A stretch of DNA of 64,000 bases from the human T2T-CHM13v2.0 reference genome, Homo sapiens. The translations under genes were made by a program, and so were the position numbers. Below are positions 44,201-60,881 of the stretch, in pieces. Each line of letters starts with the position of its first letter. The first letter of the stretch is position 1. A model generated the notes under the pieces. The model ran no database searches. It saw nothing but the letters and a program-made list of their open reading frames with translations, and had not been told where the DNA came from. The stretch lies in assembly GCF_009914755.1 (NCBI RefSeq), contig NC_060930.1. One strand, given 5' to 3'.

Positions 44201-47200
44201 TTCAATTTTCCCAGCCCCATTTATTGAAGAGACTGCCCTTTCCTCATTGTCTGTTCTTAGCACCTTTGTCAAAAATGAGTTGGCTAAAAATGCATGAGTT
44301 TATGTCTGAGTTTTCTATTCTGTTCCATCAGTTTAGCCTATGGGTCTATTTTTATGCCAGTACCGTGTTGATTTTATTACTATAGCTTTATAGCATATTT
44401 TAAAGTCAGGTAGTGTGATGCCACCAGCTTTGTTCTTTTTTCTGGAGATTGCTTTGGCTATTTAGGATCCTTTGTGGTTCCATACAAATTTTAGAATTGT
44501 TTTTTCTGTTTCTGTCAAGAATGTCATTTGTATTTTGATAGAGATTTCATTGAATCTGTAAATTGATTTTAGTATTGTCATCTTAACAACATTAATTATT
44601 TCAATCCCATGAGCATGCAATACCTTTTTTTTGTATCCTCTTCAATTTCTTTCATCAGTGTTTTATACTTTTCTTTATACAAAATTTTCACTTCTTTGTT
44701 TAAATTGATTCCTTGGTACTTTATATTCTTTGTAGCTACTGTAAATGGAATTGCTTTCTTGATTTTTTTCAGATTGTTCACTGTTGGCATAGATAAATGA
44801 CACCAATTTTTATATGTTGGCTTTGTATCCTGCAACTTTACTGAATTTATCAGTTCCAATCGTTTTTGGTGAAGTCTTTAGTTTTTTCTAAGTATAAGAC
44901 AATGTTGCCTGTGAACAAGACTAATTTAACTTCTTCATTTCCAATTTAGATTTTCTTTCTTTCTCTTGCTAGTACTTCCAGAATTATGTTGAATAAAAGT
45001 AATGAAAGCAGGCATCTTTATCTTGTTCCAGATCTTAGCGAAAAGGCTTTCAATTTTGTCCTGTTCAGTACAATGTTAGCTGTGGGTTTGTCATATATGA
45101 CCTTTATTATTTTGAGATATGTTCCTTCTATATCCAGTTTGTTGAAGGTTTTTGTCATAAAAGCATGTTGTTTTAGGGAGTGTTTTTTGGCATCTGTTGA
45201 AATAATACTATGGTTTTTGTTCTTGGTTTTGTTAATGTATCACATTTATTAATTTGTGAATGTTGAACTATACTTGCATCCCTGGAATGAATCACATTTG
45301 ATCATGGTGAATGACCTTTTTAATGTGTTAAATTCAGTTTGCAGGTATTTTCTTGAGGATTTTTGCATCTATGTTCATCAGTGATATTGGTCTGTGGTTT
45401 TCTTTTTTGTTGTTGTTTCCTCATCTAACTTTGGTATCAGAGAAATGCTGGCCTTATAAAATGAGTTTGGAAGTGTTTTTCCTCTTCATTTTTTTTAAGA
45501 GTTCGAATAGAATTGATATGAGTGCTTTAAATGTTTGGTAAAATTCAAAAGTGAAGACATCAGGTCCTGGGCTTTTCATTGATGGGAGATTTTTTATTAT
45601 GGCTTAGATCTCATTGCTCATTATCGGTTTGTTGAGATTTTCTATTTCTTCATGGTTCGATCTTGGTAGGCTGTATGTGTCTAGGAATTTATTTTTTCTA
45701 GGACTTTCAATTTGTCAGCATATAGTTGTTTGTAATAGTCGCTAATTTTTATTTCTGTGTTCTCAATTACTATGTCTCATTCCTCATTTCCGATTTTATT
45801 TATTTGAGTCTTCTCTACCTTATTCTTAGTCTAACGAAGACTTTGTTAATTTTATCTTTTTGAAAACCAAACTTTTTATTTCATTGATATTCTGTAGTGT
45901 TTTCTAGCCTCAATTTCATTTGTTTCTACTCTCATCTTTATTATTTCTTTTCTTCCACTAATTTTGGGTTTGCTTTGTTCTTGCTTTTTTAGTTCCTTGA
46001 GGTGAATTGTTAGCTCGTTTATTTGAAGTCTTTCTACTTTTTTGATATGTTTCTATTGCTATAAACTTCCCACGTAGTACCACTTTTGCTGTATCGCATA
46101 GATTTTGGTAACTTGTATTTCCATTTTCATTTGTTTCAAGAAATGTTTAAGTTCCTTTTTAATTTCTTCATTGATTCATTGGTTATTCAGAAGCATGCTG
46201 TTTAGTTTTCATGTGTTTTATATTTTTGAGGTTCCTCTTTTTATTGATTTCTAGTTTTATTATATTGTGGTCAGAAAAGCTACTTGATATGATTTCTACT
46301 GTTTTGAATTTGTTGAGATTTGTTTTGTGCCTAAGATATGGTCTATTCTGAAAACGTTGCATGTGCTGATGAAAAGAATGTGTATTCTGCAGTATGTAGG
46401 TGATATGTTCTGTAAATATCAGTTAGGCCTATTTATAGTTTAATTCCAATGTTTCACTATTGATTTTCTCTCTAGGTGATCTTTCCATTACTGAGAGTAG
46501 GGTGTTGAAGTCCCTTACTATTATTGTATTGCAGTCTATCTTTCCCTTTAGATCTATTAATGTTTCCTCTACATACTTGGAAGCTCTGGTGTTGAGTACA
46601 TATATACTTATAATAGTTATATCCTCTTGCTGAACTGACCACTTTGTCCTTACATAGTGACCTCCTTTGTCTCTTCATTACATGTCTCATTTGCAGTCTA
46701 TTTTACCTGATGTAAATATAGCTACTCCTGCTCTTTTTTTAGTTTCTACTTCTATGGAATATCTCTTTTAACCCCATCACTTTCAGTCTACGTGTCTTTA
46801 CAGATGAAGTGGGTTTCTTGTAGACAGCATATAGTTGGGTCTTATTTTTTATTTATTCAGCCACTCTATGCCTTTTAACTGAAGAATTGAGTCCGTTTAC
46901 ATTCAGTGTTATTATTGATAAGGAAGGACTTACTGTTGCTTTTTGTTGCTGGTTTTCTGGTTGTTTTGTGACTCTTATCTTCCTTTCTTGTTGTCTTTTT
47001 TGTGCTTAAGTGATTTACTGTAGTAGTATGCTTTAACTTGTTGCTTTTTATTTTTACTAAATTTGTTATAGGTTTTTGCATTGTGGTTATCATGAAGCTC
47101 ACAAAAATATCCTATACATATAACAAGTTATTTTAAAGAGATGACATCTTTTTTTTTTTAATTTTTTTTTTTATTATACTCTAAGTTTTAGGGTACATGT

Positions 47201-47377
47201 GCACATTGTGCAGGTTAGTTACATATGTATACATGTGCCATGCTGGTGAGCTGCACCCACTAACATGTCATCTAGCATTAGGTATATCTCCCAATGCTAT
47301 CCCTCCCCCCTCCCCCGACCCCACCACAGTCCCCAGAGTGTGATATTCCCCTTCCTGTGTCCATGTGATCTCATTGT

Positions 47378-51232
<3,855 letters not shown>

Positions 51233-51268
51233 TTAGTTGATGCAGTTTCTTCCTAGTCTCGATGGTCT

Positions 51269-52285
51269 TTACATTTTGGCATGATTTTGCAGCGGCTGGT
51301 ACCGGTTGTTCCTTTCCATGTTTAGCGCTTCCTTCAGGAGCTCTTTTAGGGCAGGCCTGGTGGTGACAAAATCTCTCAGCATTTGCTTGTCTCTAAAGTA
51401 TTTTATTTCTCCTTCACTTATGAAGCTTAGTTTGGCTGGATATGAAATTCTGGGTTGAAAATTCTTTTCTTTAAGAATGTTGAATATTGGCCCCCACTCT
51501 CTTCTGGCTTGTAGGGTTTCTGCCGAGAGATCCGCTGTTAGTCTGATGGGCTTTCCTTTGAGGGTAACCCGACCTTTCTCTCTGGCTGCCCTTAACATTT
51601 TTTCCTTCATTTCAACTTTGGTGAATCTGACAATTATGTGTCTTGGAGTTGCTCTTCTCGAGGAGTATCTTTGTGGCGTTCTCTGTATTTCCTGAATCTG
51701 AACGTTGGCCTGCCTTGCTAGATTGGGGAAGTTCTCCTGGATAATATCCTGCAGAGTGTTTTCCAACTTGGTTCCATTCTCCACATCACTTTCAGGTACA
51801 CCCATCAGACGCAGATTTGGTCTTTTCACATAGTCCCATATTTCTTGGAGGCTTTGCTCATTTCTTTTTATTCTTTTTTCTCTAACCTTCCCTTCTCGCT
51901 TCATTTCATTCATTTCATCTTCCATTGCTGATACCCTTTCTTCCAGTTGATCGCATCGGCTCCTGAGGCTTCTGTATTCTTCACGTAGTTCTCGAGCCTT
52001 GGTTTTCAGCTCCATCAGCTCCTTTAAGCACTTCTCTGTATTGGTTATTCTAGTTATACATTCTTCTAAATTTTTTTCAAAGTTTTCAACTTCTTTGCCT
52101 TTGGTTTGAATGTCCTCCCGTAGCTCAGAGTAATTTGATCGTCTGAAGCCTTCTTCTCTCAGCTCGTCAAAATCATTCTCCATCCAGCTTTGTTCCGTTG
52201 CTGGTGAGGAACTGCGTTCCTTTGGAGGAGGAGAGGCGCTCTGTGTTTTAGAGTTTCCAGTTTTTCTGTTCTGTTTTTTCCCCAT
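51269..52285 (-). CDS. ORF1: LINE-1 ORF1p RNA-binding chaperone, 338 aa
   Basis: Uninterrupted ORF MGKKQNRK...NHAKM with REKG, ARR and YPAKLS motifs. Confidence 0.98.
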   Translation of the reverse strand: MGKKQNRKTGNSKTQSASPPPKERSSSPATEQSWMENDFDELREEGFRRSNYSELREDIQTKGKEVENFEKNLEECITRITNTEKCLKELMELKTKARELREEYRSLRSRCDQLEERVSAMEDEMNEMKREGKVREKRIKRNEQSLQEIWDYVKRPNLRLMGVPESDVENGTKLENTLQDIIQENFPNLARQANVQIQEIQRTPQRYSSRRATPRHIIVRFTKVEMKEKMLRAAREKGRVTLKGKPIRLTADLSAETLQARREWGPIFNILKEKNFQPRISYPAKLSFISEGEIKYFRDKQMLRDFVTTRPALKELLKEALNMERNNRYQPLQNHAKM

Positions 52286-53192
52286 CTTTGTGGTTTTATC
52301 TACTTTTGGTCTTTGATGATGGTGATGTACAGATGGGTTTTCGGTGTAGATGTCCTTTCTGTTTGTTAGTTTTCCTTCTAACAGACAGGACCCTCAGCTG
52401 CAGGTCTGTTGGAATACCCTGCCGTGTGAGGTGTCAGTGTGCCCCTGCTGGGGGGTGCCTCCCAGTTAGGCTGCTCAGGGGTCAGGGGTCAGGGACCCAC
52501 TTGAGGAGGCAGTCTGCCCGTTCTCAGATCTCCAGCTGCGTGCTGGGAGAACCACTGCCCTCTTCAAAGCTGTCAGACAGGGACACTTAAGTCTGCAGAG
52601 GTTACTGCTGTCTTTTTGTTTGTCTGTGCCCTGCCCCCAGAGGTGGAGCCTACAGAGGTAGGCAGGCCTCCTTGAGCTGTGGTGGGCTCCACCCAGTTCG
52701 AGCTTCCCGGCTGCTTTGTTTACCTAAGCAAGCCTGGGCAATGGCGGGCGCCCCTCCCCCAGCCTCGCTGCCGCCTTGCAGTTTGATCTCAGACTGCTGT
52801 GCTAGCAATCAGCGAGATTCCGTGGGCGTAGGACCCTCTGAGCCAGGTGTGGGATATAGTCTCGTGGTGCGCCGTTTCTTAAGCCGGTCTGAAAAGCGCA
52901 ATCTTCGGGTGGGAGTGACCCGATTTTCCAGGTGCGTCCGTCACCCCTTTCTTTGACTCGGAAAGGGAACTCCCTGACCCCTTGCGCTTTCCAGGTGAGG
53001 CAATGCCTCGCCCTGCTTCGGCTCGCGCACGGTGCGCACACCCACTGGCCTGCGCCCACTGTCTGGCACTCCCTAGTGAGATGCACCCGGTACCTCAGAT
53101 GGAAATGCAGAAATCACCCGTCTTCTGTGTCGCTCACGCTGGGAGCTGTAGACCGGAGCTGTTCCTATTCGGCCATCTTGGCTCCTCCTCCC
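52286..53192 (-). promoter_or_regulatory. L1 5'UTR: internal sense promoter, antisense promoter and CpG island
   Basis: YY1 site CAAGATGGCC intact (53171-53180); RUNX3 site TGCATTTCCATCTGAGGTA (~53091-53109); CpG-dense 52700-53190; lacks the Ta-1d single-G deletion (GACGGGTGA). Confidence 0.88.
52741..52956 (+). CDS. ORF0: LINE-1 ORF0, antisense 5'UTR ORF, 71 aa
   Basis: MAGAPPPASLPPCSLISDCC...RCVRHPFL from gcaATGG (good Kozak); internal splice donors CAG|GTGTGG (52846/7) and CAG|GTGCGT (52931/2). Confidence 0.9.
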   Translation: MAGAPPPASLPPCSLISDCCASNQRDSVGVGPSEPGVGYSLVVRRFLSRSEKRNLRVGVTRFSRCVRHPFL

Positions 53193-54710
53193 GACAACTT
53201 ATCTTAGACCACAAAAAAAAGAATAGAAAAAAAGAAAAATTTAAAAACAGACCTCTCAACACTTTAACTCCCTCTCTCCACATTTTGACTTTATGTTGCC
53301 TCAATTTGTATATTTTATATTGCCTATTTCTTAACACATTGCTGTAGCTATTATTGTTTTTGACAGACTTGCCTTTGGGGCTTCATAATACAGTTGAGTG
53401 GATTGCACACCATGATTACAGTATTAGAGTATTCTCAGTTTTTCCATGTACTTAATTTTGCCAGTGGGTTTTATACTTCCAAATGTTTTCTTTTTGCACA
53501 TTAGTGGGTTTTTTTCATAATGAGAAACTCCTTTTAGCATTTCTTATAAGGTGAGTCTGATAGTAGTAAATTATCTGAGCTTTAGTTTGTCTGGGAAAGA
53601 CTTTCTCCTTCATATTTGAAGGATATCTTTGCTGTATACAATATTCCTGGATACAGATTTTTCTTTTCGCATTTTAAAAATGTCATCCCACTCCCTCCTG
53701 GCCTGTATAATTTCCATTGGGAAATCTGTCACCAGATGAATTGGAACTTCTTTATATGTGATTCTTTTTTCTTGTTGCTTTTAGGATCTTTTCTTTGTCT
53801 CTCAGCTTTGAGAACCGGGTTACTATATGCTTTGGGGTAGTCTTATTTATGTTGAATCTGTTTGGTGTTCTCTGATCTTCCCATACCTGGATATTTCTCT
53901 TTCTCAAATTTGGGTATTTTTTGTTCTTATATTTTTGAATAAGCTTTATAATTCTTTCTTTTACTCATCCCCTCTCAAACACCAACAATTCTTAGATTTG
54001 GTCTTTTGAGGTAATTTTATATATCTTTTAGGCAATCCTCATTCTTTTTCATTCTTTTTTCTTTTCTCCTCTATTGTCTATTTTGAAGTAATCTGTCTTT
54101 GAACTAATTCTTTCCTCTGCCTGATCCATTCTACTATTGAGCATATTGAAAGCCTCTAAAGAATTTTTCAATTTAGTAAATGTATTCCTCAGATCTAAGA
54201 TTTCTGTTTTTATTTCAATCTCTTCATTAAATTTCTCTGATAAAATGTTTAATTGATTTTCTGTATTACACTGGAAATTACTGAGTTTCCTTAAAACTAC
54301 TATTTTTAATCCTTGATCAGAGAGTTCACATATTGCTATCTCATTAGGGTCAGTCACTGGTTCCTTGCTTTGTCCCTTTGGGGAGGTCATGGTTCCCTGT
54401 GTGCTGCTGTTTCTTCTGAATGTATGTCTATATCTTTGCATTGAAGAATTGGCTATTTATTCCAATTTTCTCTGTCTGGATCATTTTGGATTTTATTTGA
54501 TGTGTTTGCTTAGGGATTCTTTGTAATTTACCTGTTGATTTTCTCTTTTGTTGGTTTTTCCCCCACTAGATTGTTGCCTCCTTTTCAGCACTAGATGCCA
54601 CCTTAAGCTCAAGTTTGCCTTGGTTCTAGTAAACAGAGTATTGCCTGCCCTGAAAGGGGAGGTCTCAAAGAGGATATCCTGGTAATGTGGAAAGGCTGGC
54701 TAGAGTTTTG

Positions 54711-54799
54711 TGCCTAGGGGACATGTGGGACAAACCTCCTCCAGCATGGTTCCCATAGTTCCCATGCTGGGGGAGGTTTGTCCCACAGGTCCCCTGGCA
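54711..54799. repeat. Near-perfect ~38-bp-arm hairpin in the L1MA 5'UTR
   Basis: Arms 54711-54749 and 54762-54799; 2 substitutions and 1 indel; 12-nt loop. Confidence 0.93.
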
Positions 54800-56047
54800 T
54801 CTGATTCGGCATCTCTGTTGGCCACTTTACAGGGCTGGGGATAGCAATACCATCCCCTGCTTTTTTCTCTGACTATCCTCAGGGATATTTCTCCCTTCAG
54901 TCACTCCTGATGCTTCCCATGGTTTGAAGCAGGGATAGATCTTCTGCCAGGGAACCCAAGTTGGTGGAGAAGCTTGTTGTCCACCTTGATCTCACTTTTT
55001 CCAGTGTAGAAACAATGTATAATTGGAAAATGTTTCATGTGCTGGGTGCCAGGCATAGTAGGGGAGGGGTATTTTGTCTGTGAACATCCAATTTTCTTAC
55101 TGTCTGCTCAGAATTTCTTCACTTCTCTGTGGCCCTAGGGACAGTTCTCTCTTCGTATTTCAGTTCCGAGATGTCGCTAGTGATAATCTCACTGCTATAT
55201 ATTTGTTTTAGGTTTTCTGTGGTGGGGACTAAAGCTAATATGCTTCTATGCTACCATTTTAAAACAGGAAGTCTACACTGTCTTGACCATAAATTTAGAG
55301 TAGGTCTTGAAGTCAGGTAGTGACAGTCCTTCAACTTTGTTCTTCTATTTTAGTATTGAGTTGGCTATTCTGGGCCTTTTGCTCTCCATGTAAGAATTAG
55401 TTTGTCATCAGAATTAGTTTGTCAATATCTATAAAATATCTTACTGGGATTTTGATTGAGATCGTCTTGAATCTATATATCAAGTTGGGAAGAACTGACA
55501 TCTTGATACTATTGAGTCTCCCTACCCTTGAACATGTAATATCTCCTCCATTAATTTAGTTCTTCTTTGTTTTTTTTAATCAGAGTTTTGTAGTTTTCCT
55601 CATTTAGATCATGTACACATTTTGTTAAATATATATGTGTTTCCTTTTCTGGGGTGGTAATGTAAATGGTACTGTGTTTTAAATTTGAAATTCCATTTGT
55701 TTTTTGCTGGTATATAGGAAGGTGATTGACTTTCATGTACTAGCCTTGATCCTATGACTTTCCTATAATCACTTATTAGTTCCAGGAGTGTTTTTGTGAA
55801 TTATTTTGGATTTTTTTACATAGAAGATTATGTTATCTGTGAACAAAGACGGTTTGATTTCTCCTTCCCAATTTGTGTGCCTTTCATTTCCTTTTACTGT
55901 CTTACTGCATTAGCTAGAACTTACATTTGAAAAGGAATCACGATGGGGGACATTCTTGCACTGTTCCTGATTTTCTTTGGAAAGCTTTTCGTTTCTCAAC
56001 AAAATAAATAAATAAATAAATAAATAAGGTTCTAAAAAAATTCCTTT

Positions 56048-56414
<367 letters not shown>

Positions 56415-56432
56415 CTATGAATTATTTCTATG

Positions 56433-56896
56433 TGCTGTGAGTTGAATTGTGTCTCCCGAAAATATATTTTCTAATTATAACCTCTAGAAGCTTGGGATCT
56501 GATATTATTTGGAAATAGGGTTATTGCAAATGTAATCAGTTAAGATGAGGTCACACTACAGCAGGGTGGGCCCGTAATCCAATATTACTGCTGTCCTTAC
56601 AAGAAATGAGGAGAAACACAGAGACAGACACAGGAAAGAAGGTCATGTGGAGATGGAGGCATAGTCTAGAGTGATGCAACTGTAAGCCAAGGAACACCAA
56701 AGACTGCCAGCAGCCACCAGAATTTGCAAAGAGGTGAGGAAGGAGTCTACCCAAGTGCCTTCAGAGAGACTATGGCCCCAGCAACACCTTGATTCAGACT
56801 TCTAGCCTCCAGAACAATGAGAGAATAAATTGCTTTTGTTTCAAGCTACCCAGTTTGTAGCACCTTAAGTTGTGGCAGCCCTAAGAAACTAATATA
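56433..56896 (+). mobile_element. MLT1B/C-like LTR
   Basis: tgagttgaattgtgtctccc...gcagccctaagaaactaatata. Confidence 0.85.
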
Positions 56897-56999
56897 CTAA
56901 GTATACAAACCCATAGAATATTTGAAAATTTGCTTCTAAGTTGCATAAAACTTAGTAATCTGCCCCTGCAACATCCCTTCTCTCATAAGCACAAATGTA

Positions 57000-57500
57000 G
57001 TAGCGATTCTTTCTATTCTCCAAAGGGTTGCCTGTGCCTCTACAACATCACCTTATGTTCTCTTTTTCAGTCAACACAAGCCTAAATCCTTGGCTTTTCC
57101 ACATCACCAAGTTTCCTGAGTCCCTGAATCATTCTCATTGCTTTCGCTTTACTTTCCCCATTGCTACAATACTCTTTTTATACCAAAAAGATAAGAATTG
57201 AAAATGAATTCTAAATGAGACTCTGCTAGTCCTTTTATATAATGGTAGAATAATTCTCTTTGACTCAAATTCAATACACTCTATTCACACCTCTCAAAGC
57301 TGTTGGTACATTTTTGTACAGCTTTATCATTGTGGTTTCAAGTACTAGCTATTGTCACACAGGATGCACAGACTGCTGGAGGTTTAGAGGTTACAACCCA
57401 TTTGCTTTTTGCCTCTCACTTCATCATGTCACTGTTGTCTGAAATTGCACACTAATAACATGTATTTAATATGCACTTCATTCAATATTACAAATTTCCA
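57000..57500 (-). mobile_element. L3/CR1-like fragment
   Basis: Degenerate CR1-like motifs (agaattgaaaatgaattctaaatgagactctg). Confidence 0.45.
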
Positions 57501-57564
57501 TATTAATTAGGTCCAGTACATGAAATAGAAGCTCTTCCACTCCCAGGTTAAGGCAGGAACAAAA

Positions 57565-57800
57565 ACTGACATTTATTGAACACCAACTACGCCAGACACA
57601 TTACATACACAATCACCATAACTCTATGAGGTAGGTATTATTGTTATTACTATTAATATTTTTATTATTTCCATTTCACAGACATAGACTCAAAAAAGGA
57701 AAATAACTTCACCCAAAGCCACTGTTAGTAGGTATCAGACCAAGAACTGGAATCCAGGTCAATCTGATACCAAAGTCCACATTCTTCCTCTGGACCACAA
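57565..57800 (-). mobile_element. MIR; further MIRs at ~57910-58100, 59180-59410, 59940-60170, 62310-62500
   Basis: atgaggtaggtattatt...ccatttcacaga MIR core. Confidence 0.7.
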
Positions 57801-58379
57801 TGCCAGCAAGCACAGGACAGGTGGCATTTTTCTCTCCTGCCGGAAAGAAACTGAGACTTCAAAGAACATGAATAATAAGCCAAAGAGGTGATGCATTCTG
57901 GGAGAAAGAGCACTGCATTAAGAATAAGAAACCCTGAGCTCTAGAATCACGTCTTCTCTTAAGCTTCCATAAGCCATACACGCCTAGAGATCATAAACTG
58001 AGTTTTATTTACTCATGGCAGTGTGATCTTGAGCAAGTCACTAAAACTTTCTGGGTTTCAGACTTGTCATCTGTAAAATAAGATACTTGGAGGAGGCAAT
58101 CTCTTAGCTCCCTCTGAGCTTTCATCTTGATTAGTTCCAAACCAAGAATTGGAGAATGTTCTTCCCTTTGTGCCTTTAGTTTTATGCACATGATGTGCTT
58201 CAAGTTCATCATACTCAGCACAGAACACTTCCAATTTCCTATTAATTTCCTTTCATTTTTCTTAGATTCCTTAGTTTTCCCCAGAGTGAAGGGCATACAG
58301 CAATACAAGAAGCAAGAAAGCTCACTTCTGCCTCTCACTCAAATTCTCATGAGGATGGGGCCAAGCCACACTTGTACCA

Positions 58380-58580
58380 CTGCGTCAGCGACAGGACGGC
58401 ACTGGGGAGGGACCATTGGTCCAGTTCCTGCAGCTCAGCTAGTCACCTCTGACCAAGCACAGCAGTTACCATGGCAACCATTGCACTGTGCTCCGTGGAG
58501 GCCATGGGTTGCAACTGCAGATGCCACCACCAGCAGACACAGGCTCTTCTCCACTCCCAGCCCACTCTGACTCAGCGGCA
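58380..58580. promoter_or_regulatory. Candidate enhancer/promoter: RFX X-box with CRE-like, CCAAT and AP-1/NFE2-like motifs
   Basis: GTTACCATGGCAAC 58465-58478; TGCGTCA 58381-58387; ATTGG 58415-58419; TGACTCAGC 58568-58576; non-repeat sequence with retained CpGs. Confidence 0.5.
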
Positions 58581-58869
58581 CTGTCCACACACCCCAGGAG
58601 CAGGCTACCAAAAGCAATCAGTTAGAGTGAGATCAAAAGTAGATCCCAGTGGGAAACTTCTATTCCCATATCTCTATCATACCCATAATAAGCATTGCAC
58701 ACACAGCAGAGACTTCTTTCAGATGATGGAATAGAACCCGCTGATGCTTCTCAGCCCACCTTATGGCAAACATATCCACCCAAAAGAGAAAATTATTAAA
58801 ATATCAGCATTTCCTCATTGAGCTGTGAATTAAAAAGTATCCTCTTTGCAGTCTGAGGATGTGGGTCTA

Positions 58870-59040
58870 AGCTCTGAAGATTCTGCCTATGTCTTTATGG
58901 TGTATACAAATTACCTGGAGATCTTGTTAAAATGCAGATTCTGGTTCAGAAATCTTGGGTAGGGCCCGAGAGTCTGATTTCTTACATCAGGGGATGCTGA
59001 TGCCCTGGTCCATGCTACTGAAAGCTTTGAGTAGCAAAGC
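58870..59040. mobile_element. MER5A MITE; similar copies at ~61480-61670 and ~63380-63530
   Basis: aattacctggagatcttgttaaaatgcagattctggttcag...ctttgagtagcaa. Confidence 0.8.
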
Positions 59041-60277
59041 CTTAGATCACACTAGCTCCTACTGCACATAAAGCTGACCTTGCCCAATCTCTGCCATTTA
59101 TCATTTCAAAAAGGAATCAGAGTAAATATTAGCTGGTTCAAAGCACACATTTCTACAGGGCAGGGACTACATCTGCTTGGAAAAAACATAATAGCTACAA
59201 TTTATTGAGGGCTTGCTCTTTGCCAGCGCATGTGTGCACATGCGTATATGCCTCATGCAACAGCCTTTGAAACACAGCTGCTACTTAATCAAAATTTAAA
59301 GATGAGGGAACTGAGGCTCAGATCTATGCCATGACTTACCTAAAGTCAGACTCTCAGTGAGTACTCAAGCTGGGATTCAAACCTGCCTTTCTCCAAACCC
59401 ATGTGCCTTTCTCTCCCCACGAGCTTCTCTGTGTATCTACAGAGCACACAAGGGGTCTCGCCGCACACTGCTTCCTAAGAGCAGTGGTCTTGTCGTGAGT
59501 TTCTGTGTTCCCCCATTGCCACCGCTTCAGGGAAAGACATTGGAAAAAAAATTAGGAAAATCCCCATATTCACCTTTGGTCAGCCTCACAGCTATTACCT
59601 CAGCAATTAGGGTTTTCATGCATTGGACAAAGATTTATTGTTTCCCATGCACAAATCATGTGGGGATTAGAAGAAGCAAAGGACATAGCCTCTGCCTTCC
59701 TCATTCTAGCTCCTGTTGCTGATTTTCGATCTCCTCTTATCTCAGTCTCAAGGAGGCTCACAATTTCTTCCCTGTGGAGGCCAGACTCTGCCATCACCAG
59801 ACTGGTGTCACCTCTTGTTGCAGGCTGAGAAGGCTGGCTACTGGGGCTGAACTTCAAAGGTGTCCCCAGTGGAGACAGACATCCTGGGACTAAAGTGATG
59901 GAATAACGAGGGTTTGTGGCAGGCCAATCTGACCTGGGAGAGAAAGTCCCGGCTCTGGAGTCAGACATTTGGCTCAAATGTTAATTCCAGTACTCACTAG
60001 AAGTGTGGCCTTAGAAAAATTATTTAACCTCTCTCAGCATGAGAGGTTTTTTGTTCTATTTTTCATCTTAATGTTGGGGTTACTAACACCCACTTCAAAG
60101 ATTTTATTGTACTACTCTGCCAGTTTTGTAATCCCAAGCACATGATGGGGCACTCAGTGAGGACTAGTTTCCTTCCTTCTGCTAGTGCACTGGGCATGGT
60201 GTAAAAGTGAGAAGCTCAGGGTGAATCAAGGAGCAATAGAAAAGACAGAGCTGAGGAAGAAGTGACATCTGGTGCTT

Positions 60278-60579
60278 TTTTTTTTTTTTTTTTTTGAGAC
60301 ACAGTCTCACTCTGTCGCCCACGCTGGAGTACAGTGGCACGATCTTGGCTCACTGCAACCTCCGCTCCCATGTTCAAGTGATTCTCCTGCCTCAGCCTCC
60401 TGAGTAGCTGGGATTATAGGCATGCACCACCACACCCAGCTAATTTTTGCATCTTTAGCAGAGACGGGGTTTCACCTTGTTGGCCAGGCTGGTCTTGAAA
60501 ACTCCTGATCTCAGGTGATCCATCCCCCATGGCCTCCCAAAGTGCTGGGATTACAGGCATGAGCCAACATGCCCTACCC
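60278..60579 (-). mobile_element. AluS
   Basis: TSD catctggtgctt (60266-60277, 60580-60591). Confidence 0.94.
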
Positions 60580-60785
60580 CATCTGGTGCTTCTTACGAGA
60601 GCAAGCAGACTAGACTGGGAAGGATCAGAGGAAGGGATGGACAGACAAGTAGACAGCAATCACACGACCAAAACCACACTTGACAACCAGGAAGCAAAAC
60701 AAGGAAGCAAGACAGAGCCAGCCAGATCCAACAATGGGATTCTTCCTGGAAGTGAGTTGTTTCCACAAGGTTATTGGAACTATAT

Positions 60786-60881
60786 TTTCCCCCTTCCTCC
60801 CTCCCTTCCTCTCTTTTTTTCTTCCTCCCTCCCTTCCTAGCTCCCTCCCTCCTTTCCTTCTTTCCTTCCTTCCTTCCTCTT
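60786..60881. repeat. Polypyrimidine (TCCC/TTCC) low-complexity tract
   Basis: Read directly from the sequence. Confidence 0.85.

Noticed and set aside
52288-53347. Additional overlapping ORFs in the L1 5'UTR
   Set aside because: By-products of the GC-rich UTR; only ORF0 has established support
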